Notes: generated from the letters alone by a model not told the origin. DNA of 32,000 nucleotides from Nostoc punctiforme PCC 73102 (GCF_000020025.1 NC_010628.1:6600001-6632000); one strand, 5' to 3'; shown: positions 1 through 9,362, numbered from the stretch's first letter. A program made the numbers and translations.

Positions 1-725
1 GTGTAAGTGACTAACTCTGGATTGGTTTTTACCAAAGACAGGTATTTTTGATACAAAGCTTCTAAGCCAGGGACGAAGGGGCAATTATTCAAAAGCCAGT
101 CTATATCTGTGGCAATTTTCAACAGAATTTTGTGATCAGGATTTAAGGGGTCTACTGGACGAAGAGATACTAATTGAGTTGCCTGTTCTAAAGAAGTAAA
201 TTCAGATATGCGTCTACGATTGTGGGTTAATACAGCACTTTTCTCTAAAAAAACTCCATGATTGGAACAGACTTCAACACCAGGTAATTGATGAAGACGA
301 TGCCAGTAGCACTCACCAAACTGCTTCTGATCATCTTCCATACACAATGGACAGAAGCGCAAATGAGAAGGCATCTCAATGAATCCAGCAACAATTCCCA
401 AGCGTGTATGAATTTTTGAGCCATTATCACCGCACATATCCTGCCGAACTAATTGAAGTCGCTCTAGTGGCAGGAAAGGTCTATAAAAGGGTAATAAAGT
501 GTGATTGTCTATGAAATCATCAACTGTGTAAGAATGTCCGGTGGGTAAAGCAGCAACAAATCTGTTCAATCTGCTTGGTAGATCAACAGTTGCGATCGCA
601 TTTTTTGTTTGGAATAAATCTCTAACTACTGAAATTTGGCTAGGATAATACACTCTCTCTTGAAAGCGAGCGCAAACACTATATAACAATTCATTTGGGT
701 AAGGATTAGGAAAGAAGCCAAGCAC
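1..725 (-). CDS. tniQ: TniQ-family transposition target-selector protein, second paralog. The 3' end lies outside the window.
   Basis: It is missing from the ORF track because it runs off the edge. My hand translation from GTG (725..723) stays open for 241 codons to base 1: MLGFFPNPYPNELLYSVCARFQERVYY...HLRFCPLCMEDDQKQFGECYWHRLHQLPGVEVCSNHGVFLEKS...DWLLNNCPFVPGLEALYQKYLSLVKTNPELVTY. The N-terminus and the zinc-ribbon block (C-P-x-C ... C-Y-W-H ... C) parallel the upstream TniQ ORF. Confidence 0.8.
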   Translation of the reverse strand, partial: MLGFFPNPYPNELLYSVCARFQERVYYPSQISVVRDLFQTKNAIATVDLPSRLNRFVAALPTGHSYTVDDFIDNHTLLPFYRPFLPLERLQLVRQDMCGDNGSKIHTRLGIVAGFIEMPSHLRFCPLCMEDDQKQFGECYWHRLHQLPGVEVCSNHGVFLEKSAVLTHNRRRISEFTSLEQATQLVSLRPVDPLNPDHKILLKIATDIDWLLNNCPFVPGLEALYQKYLSLVKTNPELVTY

Positions 726-984
726 AGCCCATATCCTTTTAAAAAATATAAAAATTCATCTTATCTCGTCAAACTTTTTAATGGTTAATTATTAAACACC
801 ATTTGTATATTATTAGCACCTTTAAAAAACATATATTTTTATTTCAATAATTATAAAAAGTTACAATTTTAGGTATAGGATATTTCAAGTTTATAAAATA
901 CAAAATAACCCATCTACGATGTCGTGAACTTTTCTATTGTAAAGGTAAAAATATGCTTTATTTACTTATAAAGTGCTGTATAAA

Positions 985-2282
985 CTATTTATTTGGCATT
1001 CTCCTTAACAAAGGTAATTTCAAATAACCTACCTGGCGCTCAATCGTCTCCTCACTAACACCAAGGTATTGAGCAATTTCTGTAAAATTCAATGCTCGAT
1101 TTTGCCATAACATTTTCAAAGCATATTCCCAGGCATAACCGTATTCTATTTTCTTTGTTGCTATTGGTACTTGATACTTATTAATTATATCAAAATCTCT
1201 GTTGAAAGAGACAAAATCACAAATACAGCAAAATTCAGTTACAGCTTTAGTGCTGTTACTATAGTCTGTATGTTGGTATTTATCCTTAATTAATAGCTGT
1301 TGAAAATATTCACCCCCTCGATTGATGCATGGACAATATTCTGTTCCAAAAGGCTTATACTTCAAAGAAGTCTTAAAAAAATATTCCACTGTAGATTCAA
1401 AAAAGATAATCAACAATAAATGACGTAAAGGATGTCTTATTTTGCCATCTAAAATAAACATGTCTATAAGCCAGTTACTATGTCTAGCAAAATCACATTG
1501 AAGCATTTTTAGAAATGGAGGAGAGTAGTATTCTCTAAAATCATTGATAAGTTTAGCTAACGATTTTTTATCTTTAAAATTAAACTCTCCATATTTTTTG
1601 TATAACAGTTTTATATAAATTTTACGTACAGAATCTCCAAAAAAAATGGCATTTGGATACTTTAGAAGCCAATCAACATTATGAGCTAATTGTATAAAAT
1701 ATTTTAAATTGACATCTGATAATTCTAAATAATTATTTATCTTGGTCTTTACTGCTTCTTCTGCTGAAACTAATCCACAATAGTGATGACCTGTTCCTAG
1801 CTCAGTTTTTTGTAGAATAATGTTATGTATTAGACAAACTTCGACTCCAGGAACTTGATGTATGCGATGCCAATAGCATTCACCAAATTGCTTTTATCTT
1901 CTAATATACATTGAGGACAAAAACGTAAATAATTCATATTTCTCATAAAATTTTCAAAACGATTTAAAGTAACTTCTGGATTATTTTGTTTTATTGCATC
2001 TCGGAGCATTTTGATTAAGTATGGTGGATGAAATGCACTATAAAATGACAATGAAGTATGCTCATCAATTAAGCGATCGGCTGTGTAATTATTTTCGGCG
2101 GGTAAAGATGTAATCAGATAATCTAACCTAGTAACTAAATGTATATAGATACAAGAAAAACTTTCTCCAAAAATGTCTTGGAATACGTGCATGTTATTCT
2201 TGTAATTCATCCGTTCAGAGTACCGCGCACAAACACTGTAAAATAATTCATCTGGATAAGGATCTGGAAACCAACCAAGCAT
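985..2282 (-). pseudogene. tniQ: TniQ/TnsD-family target-selector gene, about 431 codons, split by a 1-nt frameshift in a homopolymer run.
   Basis: Track ORF 1830..2282 reads MLGWFPDPYPDELFYSVCARYSERM...LRFCPQCILEDK and then ends. Shifting one base at the A4 run (plus-strand T run 1892-1895) gives KQFGECYWHRIHQVPGVEVCLIHN..., which I verified codon by codon to stay open from 1893 into track ORF 985..1506. The paralog at 1..725 has DDQKQFGECYWHRLHQLPGVEVC at the same place, which implies GAT AAA AAG CAA (A5) was the intact form. Confidence 0.8.
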
Positions 2283-2293
2283 TTTGTTATATC

Positions 2294-3928
2294 CTACAGT
2301 TGGTACTCACTAACAGATTTTATATAACCTGCTTCCTTGAGAGCTTCATAGCATGAAACACCTGTTGAAGCTTTTTTAGCAACTATTTCTGGTAAAGTAT
2401 CTTTTGAGTCAGTCTGTTTATTACGTGTCCTTGATTTCTGAGTAGCCTTAATAGGAACTGAATTAGAGCTTATCTCTTTTTCTTTTGGTAGTTTTGAGTT
2501 TGCTAACTCGGATAATTCCTGTGAGGGTTCAGTTGGCTTAATTTCCTCTGATGGGCTACTCTCTGAATCAGATTGATCTTCACCAATAACACTAGATGAA
2601 TCTTCATTTGCTAAACGCTCTATTCCTTCTTCTATAAAAGGTTCGAGATCAATTGGCTTAACATCCTCACAATCCATGAGCAGTCTTAGTTTTTTGTCGG
2701 CATCTGTCTCTTTCAAGGCATTCAGAACTTTTGTTGCAGTACGAAGACAATCTTTAGCAACTGATTTGATGATTGAAGCTGTAATTCTCTCTTTACCACT
2801 CGATACAGCTCGCACTTGCGCCAGCATATAAATCTTGGCAGCAAAATCTGTAATACCTTGGCATTCGTAATAAAGGGTGTGGCTTAATTCTGGTGTCAGT
2901 GGAGAAGCTATTTGTACATATTGGTATCGCCAGAGAGATTTGACAAAAGTTTGCCAAGTTTCGTCCTCTTTCATTGTGTCCCAAACAAAATCTCCTTGAC
3001 CTGTTCCCCGCCGTATCTGGCGAAACTCACTACTTAAAACAGACCAAGCTTTATAAGTTCCCACTAAAATAACTGGCAGCCCAATGGTGTTAATTAGTTG
3101 TACAAAAAAGTTGAGCATTTTTTGGCAGCCACCACTTTTAGCTAAACTAAGATTTTGGATTTCATCAATTACAAGCATTCCCAGTGACTGGATTGATGCG
3201 ACACGCGCCATATTAGGAATCATGTCATCTACGGTTTGGCGCCCTTTGGTATAGTTTGTGTAGTATTGTGTTCCCAATAGGTCATCAACCGCTTGGAAAA
3301 AGTTGATACAAAGACCTTTGATTGAACCGTCATGAGGACAGTCAAGTTTTAGCCAGACTATTTGTCTTAAAGTCAAGTTTTTATTAAGATAACGGCTGTG
3401 ATTAATAATTTGCGGATAAAGCAACAATATTTCTTCTACTCCGGTACTCTTGCCAATACCACTAAGGCCAATAATTGTCATGCTCTTTGCTGTTGAGCGT
3501 GGGGATCTAGGTACGAATCCATTGGGGTCAATTAAATCCAGCGAACGCTTAGTGTTTTGCCAAAATTCTGGCAATATAGGATTTCTAGCTTGATAGCCTA
3601 ACCTAATAATTCGCGAAATTCTCTGTTCTAAATCAATGTGAATACCAAGGGGTGTAAAAAATTCTAAAGTATCTTGGATATAATGAAGGCGTAAGTGAGC
3701 AGGCTGATTACGCATATCTTCACTGTACTGTGGAAACTTAGCCAGACCCTTTGCTGCCTCTAATTTCGTCAGAATTTTTGGTAAAGCTTCAATAAGTGGA
3801 TTACCACGATATTTGGAAACTTCTGGGTCGGAGTATATTGCATTAATCTTTTGCCCTGTAAATACTAAAAATGGAGGTTTGTACACTTCATCATCAGTCA
3901 TTTCTCCACATTGCCTTGATAACTTCAT
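2294..3928 (-). CDS. tnsC: TnsC-like AAA+ ATPase transposition regulator
   Basis: The 544-aa ORF has Walker A (IIGLSGIGKST) and Walker B (MLVIDEIQNL) motifs and sits between tnsB and tniQ, as in Tn7-family operons. An alternative start at 3901 (MTDDEV) would overlap the tnsB stop as AATGACTGA. Confidence 0.85.
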   Translation of the reverse strand: MKLSRQCGEMTDDEVYKPPFLVFTGQKINAIYSDPEVSKYRGNPLIEALPKILTKLEAAKGLAKFPQYSEDMRNQPAHLRLHYIQDTLEFFTPLGIHIDLEQRISRIIRLGYQARNPILPEFWQNTKRSLDLIDPNGFVPRSPRSTAKSMTIIGLSGIGKSTGVEEILLLYPQIINHSRYLNKNLTLRQIVWLKLDCPHDGSIKGLCINFFQAVDDLLGTQYYTNYTKGRQTVDDMIPNMARVASIQSLGMLVIDEIQNLSLAKSGGCQKMLNFFVQLINTIGLPVILVGTYKAWSVLSSEFRQIRRGTGQGDFVWDTMKEDETWQTFVKSLWRYQYVQIASPLTPELSHTLYYECQGITDFAAKIYMLAQVRAVSSGKERITASIIKSVAKDCLRTATKVLNALKETDADKKLRLLMDCEDVKPIDLEPFIEEGIERLANEDSSSVIGEDQSDSESSPSEEIKPTEPSQELSELANSKLPKEKEISSNSVPIKATQKSRTRNKQTDSKDTLPEIVAKKASTGVSCYEALKEAGYIKSVSEYQL

Positions 3929-6104
3929 TTAACATTTCAGTTTCTTCTGGTGCAGGTATATAGCCTTCCTCAGTGTCTTGATACTGATTATTAGCTTGGA
4001 TTGGAAGGGCTGTTTCTAGTTGATCAGCAGGCTTTTCAGGTCTTAAATCACGAGCATTTTTATCTTTTTCATAATCTTTTTCAGCTTTTCGATTATTTTT
4101 TATTCCTTTAAGAAGAGACTGTTTAGACTTACCTTGACAAGCTTTTTCAGTTTTTTCTGTTACATCAGTTTTTTGCTTATCTAAATAAGCATTCAAACAA
4201 GCTTTTGCCTGTGTTTGATTGGGTTGAGCATCTTGTTGTGCGAAATTTTGCTCAACAAAGTGATCCATAATTTCTTCTAAATTGCTCCCTGAAAAGGTTT
4301 TTGAAACAGGAAGCATTTCACAAACTTCCATACGTTTCCCAGCATCGAGAAGTATATAGATCACCAGAGGCTTTCGAGGATCATAAGCAACTGGAACTTT
4401 CCAAGTTCCTTCCATTCCGGCCCTGATAAACCACTGCTCCCTCATAGCAGACTCACAGGTGTAACGCAGGCGATTATGTAAATTAACGCCTTTTACTCGG
4501 AAACAAATCCCATAACGAGTAACGCTAGCATCTGCTCTGTGTAAAAGATTTAAACGAATAATCTCAAGTGTCTCCTGACGAGGACGACCGTAACTACGGA
4601 TTCCCCATTCCCACAACTCCGACGGAACAGGTTGCACATGATCTTCAATCATGTGCTTTGTCATAGGATACTCACTTAAATAATGGTAATTATTGTAGTA
4701 AAGGATGAGGCGGATCATAATTGCTCGAAATTCATCGAGGGTATAAATAGCATCTAGTCTATAATCTCGCTCACCTCTTTCCTTTGGTTTATGCACTGCT
4801 CCTGGTTGAAAATGAATGACCTCATCGTTAATTAAGCGGAACAACCTTTCTACAAAAGGCTTCCAGTCGGGACGGTATGGCGGTGTAGGTGAGATTTCTA
4901 TACCAATACTTTTGAGTGCTTCTCTAGCATTAGTGCTTAAGTATTCGCTGCCACGGTCGGTTTGAAGTAATTTACAAAGATGGTTACAATTCCAATCTTC
5001 TGTTGTAATCGTGATACCAAATTCCTGGCAAAACTTTACCTTATCTGTCGCTGCATTTTCCAAAGCTAAAGATGCCCCTAACCAACTCGGCCCTTCAAGA
5101 GCCACGCTAAATCCTACAATGCTTCGAGAAAATATATCTACAACTAAGTAGAGAACAGGTCGCCCAATTATACGACTTCTGTCCAAAGAACTAACTAAGT
5201 AAATATCAGCTATTGTAGAGTCAATTTGCCAGAGCGCACCTGGAAAAGGAGCCATCTCAGTTGAATTACCCAGCACTTCTCGGTAGCTGAGGTTAAACTT
5301 ACGCTTACCTTCACGAGATATGAGTGATTTTTTAAGATCGCGGTTTTTGTAATACCAATAGTTAAACTGTCTTGGAGTAGGACATTGTTCTTGAGGTAAA
5401 AGAAGAGGGATTTCATTTCCATCTTTTTGTTTGATTTTTACAGAAAAACAATTTTCGCGCATTTTCTGGTGAGCATCTTTGAGTGTTAATTTCTGTTTTT
5501 CATGATATTTCTTTGCACTTTCAACAATAATTATTCTTACTTGTTCAGTTATATTAATACCAGGAAGTTCACCTTTTAACTTAGTTTTTTTACTAGGAGC
5601 GCCTAGCTTTTTAGTGATATTCCGTTTTTTACCTTTTCCGCCACAATGATCATAGTTTGGTAGAAGTGCATTTAGTTTTTGTCCTCTTTGCCAGTAAGAT
5701 CGTAATAACTGGTAAATTGTTGGCTTATTACTTCCTGTCAGTTCTATTGCCTGCCTAACTAATAAACCTCGCTCATAAGGAAAAAACGCTTTATATCCAC
5801 CTTCAATAATTAAAGCGATTTTGTTCCACGCATTATCTCTAAAATTACGGTGAGTTTCAGGAATTAAATCTTCAGGGCGATGTAGATATGCATAGGGATC
5901 AGTATCTAGAATAGAAGCTTTTTATTCAGCTAATGCTGTTTCAATTTCTTCGGCCCTCTGTAAAACTGGAAATGCTTTAGAATTATTCAGATCAATTGTG
6001 ACTATATCTGTTCCAGATGGGTCAATCCAGAGTAATCTGATAACGGTAAAAATATCACCATACTCATTCTGTAGTTCAATCAGCATATTCTCGTATAAAT
6101 TCAT
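3894..6104 (-). pseudogene. tnsB: TnsB-like DDE transposase interrupted by an in-frame TAA after codon 60
   Basis: Track ORFs 5922..6104 and 3894..5462 are in the same frame, and the stretch between them is open. It reads ...EIETALAE*KASILDTDPYAYLHRPEDLIPETHRNFRDNAWNKIALIIEGGYKAFFPYERGLLVRQAIELTGSNKPTIYQLLRSYWQRGQKLNALLPNYDHCGGKGKKR...HQKMRENC. This parallels Tn7 TnsB as I recall it (N-terminal small domain, then DDPYVHL, then TVYKLLRRYWQRGQTPNALIPDY). The DDE core contains WQIDSTIADIYLV, DVFSR and TDRGSEY. Confidence 0.85.
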
Positions 6105-6953
6105 TTAGCAGCTCTTATTTATTTCATATTTAAGGGAAGGAGTAGCCAAAAGTGCCAATTTCTTTCTAAACTGAGCCTGTAGTGGTTGGTTCATATCAAT
6201 TAGCCATTGCCGATTAGCAATTAGATGACGGGCAACTGCAAGGCTACTGCCTGCTTCCAAGGCAAGTCGTTCATCGCACCGAGCTGCTAAATCACTTAGT
6301 GAAACGTCTCCCTGAATTACATCTTTAGCGAGTACGGCTGTAATTTGTTTAATATCAAGCTTTGAAAGAGGTGAAAGGTTTTCAATAAAAAAGTAGTTGT
6401 GTAAAAATTCAACATTTTTGACCAACACCTCTGGAATATCTTGTTCAGTAACTATGCCCCAGCTAGTATTATGGGACTCCCAATAACGACGTTCAATTTC
6501 AAACTTTTCAAGAACTCGCGGATTTTGTAATTCCCGTGAAGGCTTAATTGTCCTAGCTTGATCCGTAATTCCTACACCTGTAGTTCCTGGAATAGTTACA
6601 ACAAAGTCTGTGGTCATCACGTTAGGTTCCCCAGTATTAGGATTGACTGGGTGTTTGTAGCCACACTGTTTAGCAATATCTAAGGTTTCTTCGAGTTCTA
6701 AAGGAAACTGCTCTCGGATGTCGATAACGATAGGCGACCATTCGAGCGCATAAAAATAACGAAACTCACTCATGCTAAACAAGTGGTGTTCTCTTTGAGT
6801 TTTCCAACCCAAGCCTTGGACAGAAAAACCTTGAGATGGAAAGTCTATTATCCAAATTGCTGGTTTGTAATTAATACCTCGGCCTTGACCACAGCCTTCA
6901 TTTAGGCGCTTGTTAATGTCCTTCCGGTTTTTTTGGGATTTATGCTGAAGCAT
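6105..6953 (-). CDS. tnsA: TnsA-like endonuclease subunit of the heteromeric Tn7 transposase
   Basis: The 282-aa ORF contains NEGCGQGRGINYKP, HHLFSMSEFRYFYALEWSPIVIDIREQFPL, TTDFVV and LEKFEIERRYW. These parallel recalled Tn7 TnsA blocks (KEGRGQGHGKDYIPW, HHLLSDLELAVFLSLEWESSVLDIREQFPL, STDFLV, LEKLELERRYW). Its TAA directly abuts the tnsB ATG. Confidence 0.9.
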   Translation of the reverse strand: MLQHKSQKNRKDINKRLNEGCGQGRGINYKPAIWIIDFPSQGFSVQGLGWKTQREHHLFSMSEFRYFYALEWSPIVIDIREQFPLELEETLDIAKQCGYKHPVNPNTGEPNVMTTDFVVTIPGTTGVGITDQARTIKPSRELQNPRVLEKFEIERRYWESHNTSWGIVTEQDIPEVLVKNVEFLHNYFFIENLSPLSKLDIKQITAVLAKDVIQGDVSLSDLAARCDERLALEAGSSLAVARHLIANRQWLIDMNQPLQAQFRKKLALLATPSLKYEINKSC

Positions 6954-6967
6954 CTGTGTGAGAACTA

Positions 6968-7035
6968 TTTAGAACATACACGTTAATACGTACATTCTAA
7001 GCACAGAAGTTGCACAAAAATGTGTATGTTCTAAA
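6968..7035. promoter_or_regulatory. Perfect 14-bp inverted repeat TTTAGAACATACAC (6968-6981 and 7022-7035), with a related third copy (6988-7001, reverse strand CTTAGAATGTACGT), in the tnsA upstream region. It is a candidate TnsB-binding or operator cluster.
   Basis: The repeats were read directly. The reverse-strand TAGAAT inside the middle copy could act as a -10 box for tnsA. The cluster lies between tnsA (start 6953) and the divergent RHH gene (start 7145). Confidence 0.45.
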
Positions 7036-7144
7036 ATAAAAAAACTTTAAATTTCTTTGCAATGTATTTAGCTGTGTAAACTGTGCGCTAGCTCTTATCA
7101 TTGAGACAAAGGATATGTAAGTTTTCTGAGAGTGAGCGTGGCTA

Positions 7145-7819
7145 ATGCCAAAAGGAAGCAAACGAGTTAAAGGAGTCCCAGAACTACAGGACGAGCTGAA
7201 GACGCGAGTTAACCTCTCCATAACTCCCACAGCTATACAGAAGCTAGATTTAATGGCTGCTGAAAGAGGAATATCAAAATCAGAGTTGGTAGAACGAATT
7301 GCGCGAGGACAAATACCTTTAAAAGATCACCGCAATCATTCAATAGATCCTTCGGTAGTAGCTCTAATAGAAGGTGTGGTTCGAACATTGCCTGCGCTTG
7401 ATATGACTACTTCTAAACTAAAATTTTTGCCATTTGATCAGCGTGATAAATTACCTAACTCTCCTGGAGCATATTTAATAACTAATTGGCAATATGAATA
7501 TATTGATTTTACCAATAACCTTAAAGATAGATTAATGGATGAGAATCTATTAAAATCTTTATTAAAATTATTTGAACATAAAGAATATGAATTATTATTA
7601 TTCTGGATAGAGTGTAATGATGTCAGATTAATTAACTTTCTTTTAAAAGAAATCAGCAATGTATTCCGCGGAATTAGGGAAGATATTATATCTCGATCTT
7701 TGTCTAGAGAACTTCAGAAAAAAGAGTTTAGTAAAAAACCTGAACATATTTCTAATGATTTGTATGATTATGTCAAAGATATAGTTGGCCCTGGTAAACG
7801 AATAAAGTCCCTTATATAG
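7145..7819 (+). CDS. Ribbon-helix-helix (CopG/Arc-like) N-terminal domain protein with an extremely AT-rich C-terminal half. That half weakly resembles a degenerate GIY-YIG motif.
   Basis: The N-terminus TRVNLSITPTAIQKLDLMAAERGISKSELVERIARG fits the RHH strand-helix-helix pattern. The C-terminal part SPGAYLITNWQYEYIDFTNNLKDRL loosely resembles the GIY...YIG...NL..R motif. The frame stays open for about 125 codons through sequence of roughly 20% G+C, which argues that it is coding. Confidence 0.55.
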   Translation: MPKGSKRVKGVPELQDELKTRVNLSITPTAIQKLDLMAAERGISKSELVERIARGQIPLKDHRNHSIDPSVVALIEGVVRTLPALDMTTSKLKFLPFDQRDKLPNSPGAYLITNWQYEYIDFTNNLKDRLMDENLLKSLLKLFEHKEYELLLFWIECNDVRLINFLLKEISNVFRGIREDIISRSLSRELQKKEFSKKPEHISNDLYDYVKDIVGPGKRIKSLI

Positions 7820-7949
7820 TTAAGATAATTACAAAAATTTGTAATACTCAATGAATCAGCAAATTTCATATTTTTGATATATCTTTAAAAATTTAGATAA
7901 CTGTTAGAGATTTATCTATTTAACCCTGCCACTAATACATTATTCTAAG

Positions 7950-9257
7950 TTAGCCTTCTGTAGTCGCAACACTCAGTGTTTGTTCAATTGATTTTAGGGC
8001 TGATTGAATATCTGTACTCATAGCATCCGCCTCAGCTTTAATTACAGCGATACTCTTACCAACTTCTGTCAGGGATTTTTTCATGGTTCTGATTCTGCCC
8101 AAAGCTGTGCGAATTTGTTGAATTTGTTGTTCAACAGCAGTCACATCCAGTTCTGATTCAAAAGTACGCAATTTATTTAACCTTTGCTGGATTACCAAAA
8201 AGCGGATAGCAATAATTAAAAATGGATGGGTTGTGGCGATCCAATAACCCGACTCAGAAACTCCCTCTGCCCAGTCGCCGATTTCCTGCGCTAATCCCTC
8301 ACGCGAATAACTTAAAAAAATTGCCGAATTTGCAGAACGCCGCACCATTGCTTCTTGTAAATGTTGAGTGATTGCTTGGCGACCAAAAGGCTTTGAGGAT
8401 CGGTTTCTTAGCTCGATCACAATTGATAATTCAATTGCAGCTAGCGATTTACTCGTAAACTTTACCAGAATATCGCCAGTGTCTCCATCATTACCAATAT
8501 GCTCTACCTCCGCACCACTCAACTTTGACCAATTTTGCAACTCGACAACGACTAACTCCTCATAAGTTATGCCTTTTGCAGTTGTCTGCTCAAGTACTTG
8601 TTGTGTTATCTGTTGATCTCGAATTTCCCTAGTCAGTTTTTCCACTTGTTCAGCTAGCGGTTTGACCGACTCGGAAACCACATTTTTTACTGCCACTGCC
8701 AGAGTACCGTTTTCCTTAGTGGCATTTATTAATGCTGCTTTAAATGCGCCTTGAATGGAATCAGAGCGTTTAGCATCTAACAGTTGACGTAATGAATTTA
8801 GAAAGCGGCCAACAACAGAAGTTTCTCTGGCGGGATCAATTTCGTGTGTAAGCAAAGTGCCGACGCTATTGAGTTTTTCAGTGAGGATGGCTGAAGTCAA
8901 ATTAATTTGAGCTTGCAGTGGCGCTAATAATTGACCATTATCTGTCCCAACTTGATTCACTAATTCCTGCCCAAAAGAGTCAGCAATTATTTTGACTGCC
9001 TGCTGAAACTCCACCAATAAAGATTCCATCTGCTGCTTAATTAATTCATTGCCATGACGAGTTTGAGCAGTTTGCAAGCAAAGAAATCCTAACTCAAAAG
9101 CATCCCGGCAAATATCCTCATATTCTGACTGGGGAAATTGTTGTAAGTAGCTAATGGCATTTTTGAGAGGGATTGCCATGCGATAAATTAGGACATGGTT
9201 TTCTGTTAATTCAATACTGGGGGGCAGGTAATAGGAGTCATCGGTGGAGCGGTTCAT
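7950..9257 (-). CDS. Uncharacterised 435-aa, largely helical or coiled-coil protein with a possible central PD-(D/E)xK-like nuclease core
   Basis: This is a long clean ORF. It has heptad-like Q/E/L-rich stretches at both ends and a central block KGITYEELVVVELQNWSKLSGAEVEHIGNDGDTGDILVKF...LSIVIELRNRS...SANSAIFL. That block has the D...E-x-K/R spacing seen in DUF2130/RmuC-type coiled-coil nucleases. There is no P-loop. The assignment is inferred from the motif only. Confidence 0.6.
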   Translation of the reverse strand: MNRSTDDSYYLPPSIELTENHVLIYRMAIPLKNAISYLQQFPQSEYEDICRDAFELGFLCLQTAQTRHGNELIKQQMESLLVEFQQAVKIIADSFGQELVNQVGTDNGQLLAPLQAQINLTSAILTEKLNSVGTLLTHEIDPARETSVVGRFLNSLRQLLDAKRSDSIQGAFKAALINATKENGTLAVAVKNVVSESVKPLAEQVEKLTREIRDQQITQQVLEQTTAKGITYEELVVVELQNWSKLSGAEVEHIGNDGDTGDILVKFTSKSLAAIELSIVIELRNRSSKPFGRQAITQHLQEAMVRRSANSAIFLSYSREGLAQEIGDWAEGVSESGYWIATTHPFLIIAIRFLVIQQRLNKLRTFESELDVTAVEQQIQQIRTALGRIRTMKKSLTEVGKSIAVIKAEADAMSTDIQSALKSIEQTLSVATTEG

Positions 9258-9362
9258 GGAGCAGTGGGTGGGCTGGTGACGATAAATTGCACCCTACTAC
9301 CTATTTTTTATCTCGGTCAAGGTGATGGACAAAAGTTTTGTCAATTTGCAAAAACTGAAGAA

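Larger units (their letters stand above)
1..7042 (-). mobile_element. Tn7-like transposon, tnsA-proximal part (tnsA-tnsB-tnsC-tniQ-tniQ). It continues beyond the left window edge, and the right terminus is not resolved.
   Basis: Five collinear, tightly packed minus-strand genes carry TnsA, TnsB, TnsC and TniQ/TnsD hallmarks (see the individual entries). This block is more AT-rich than the core genes to the right, and I noticed only one HIP1 site in it (592-599). The right limit is set provisionally at the repeat cluster upstream of tnsA. Confidence 0.8.

Noticed and set aside
5922-6104. The 60-aa ORF as an independent small gene between tnsA and tnsB
   Set aside because: It is in the same frame as tnsB, separated only by a TAA. 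It matches the expected N-terminal small domain of Tn7-type TnsB, followed by the DPY...WQRGQ region. I therefore annotated it as part of an interrupted tnsB.
7371-7395. T-loop-like GGTTCGAAC string that might mark a tRNA, a common Tn7-like attachment target
   Set aside because: The flanking bases do not form a T-stem and there is no acceptor or anticodon arm. The string lies inside the RHH ORF.
7820-7949. AT-rich convergent intergenic region as the true transposon right end. It contains the palindrome ATTACAAA-AA-TTTGTAAT at 7828-7845 and a reverse-strand TGTATTAGTGG.
   Set aside because: I found no repeated TnsB-site-like motif shared with 6961-7042 or elsewhere in the window. The idea cannot be supported without the other end of the element, so it is kept only as an alternative in the island finding.
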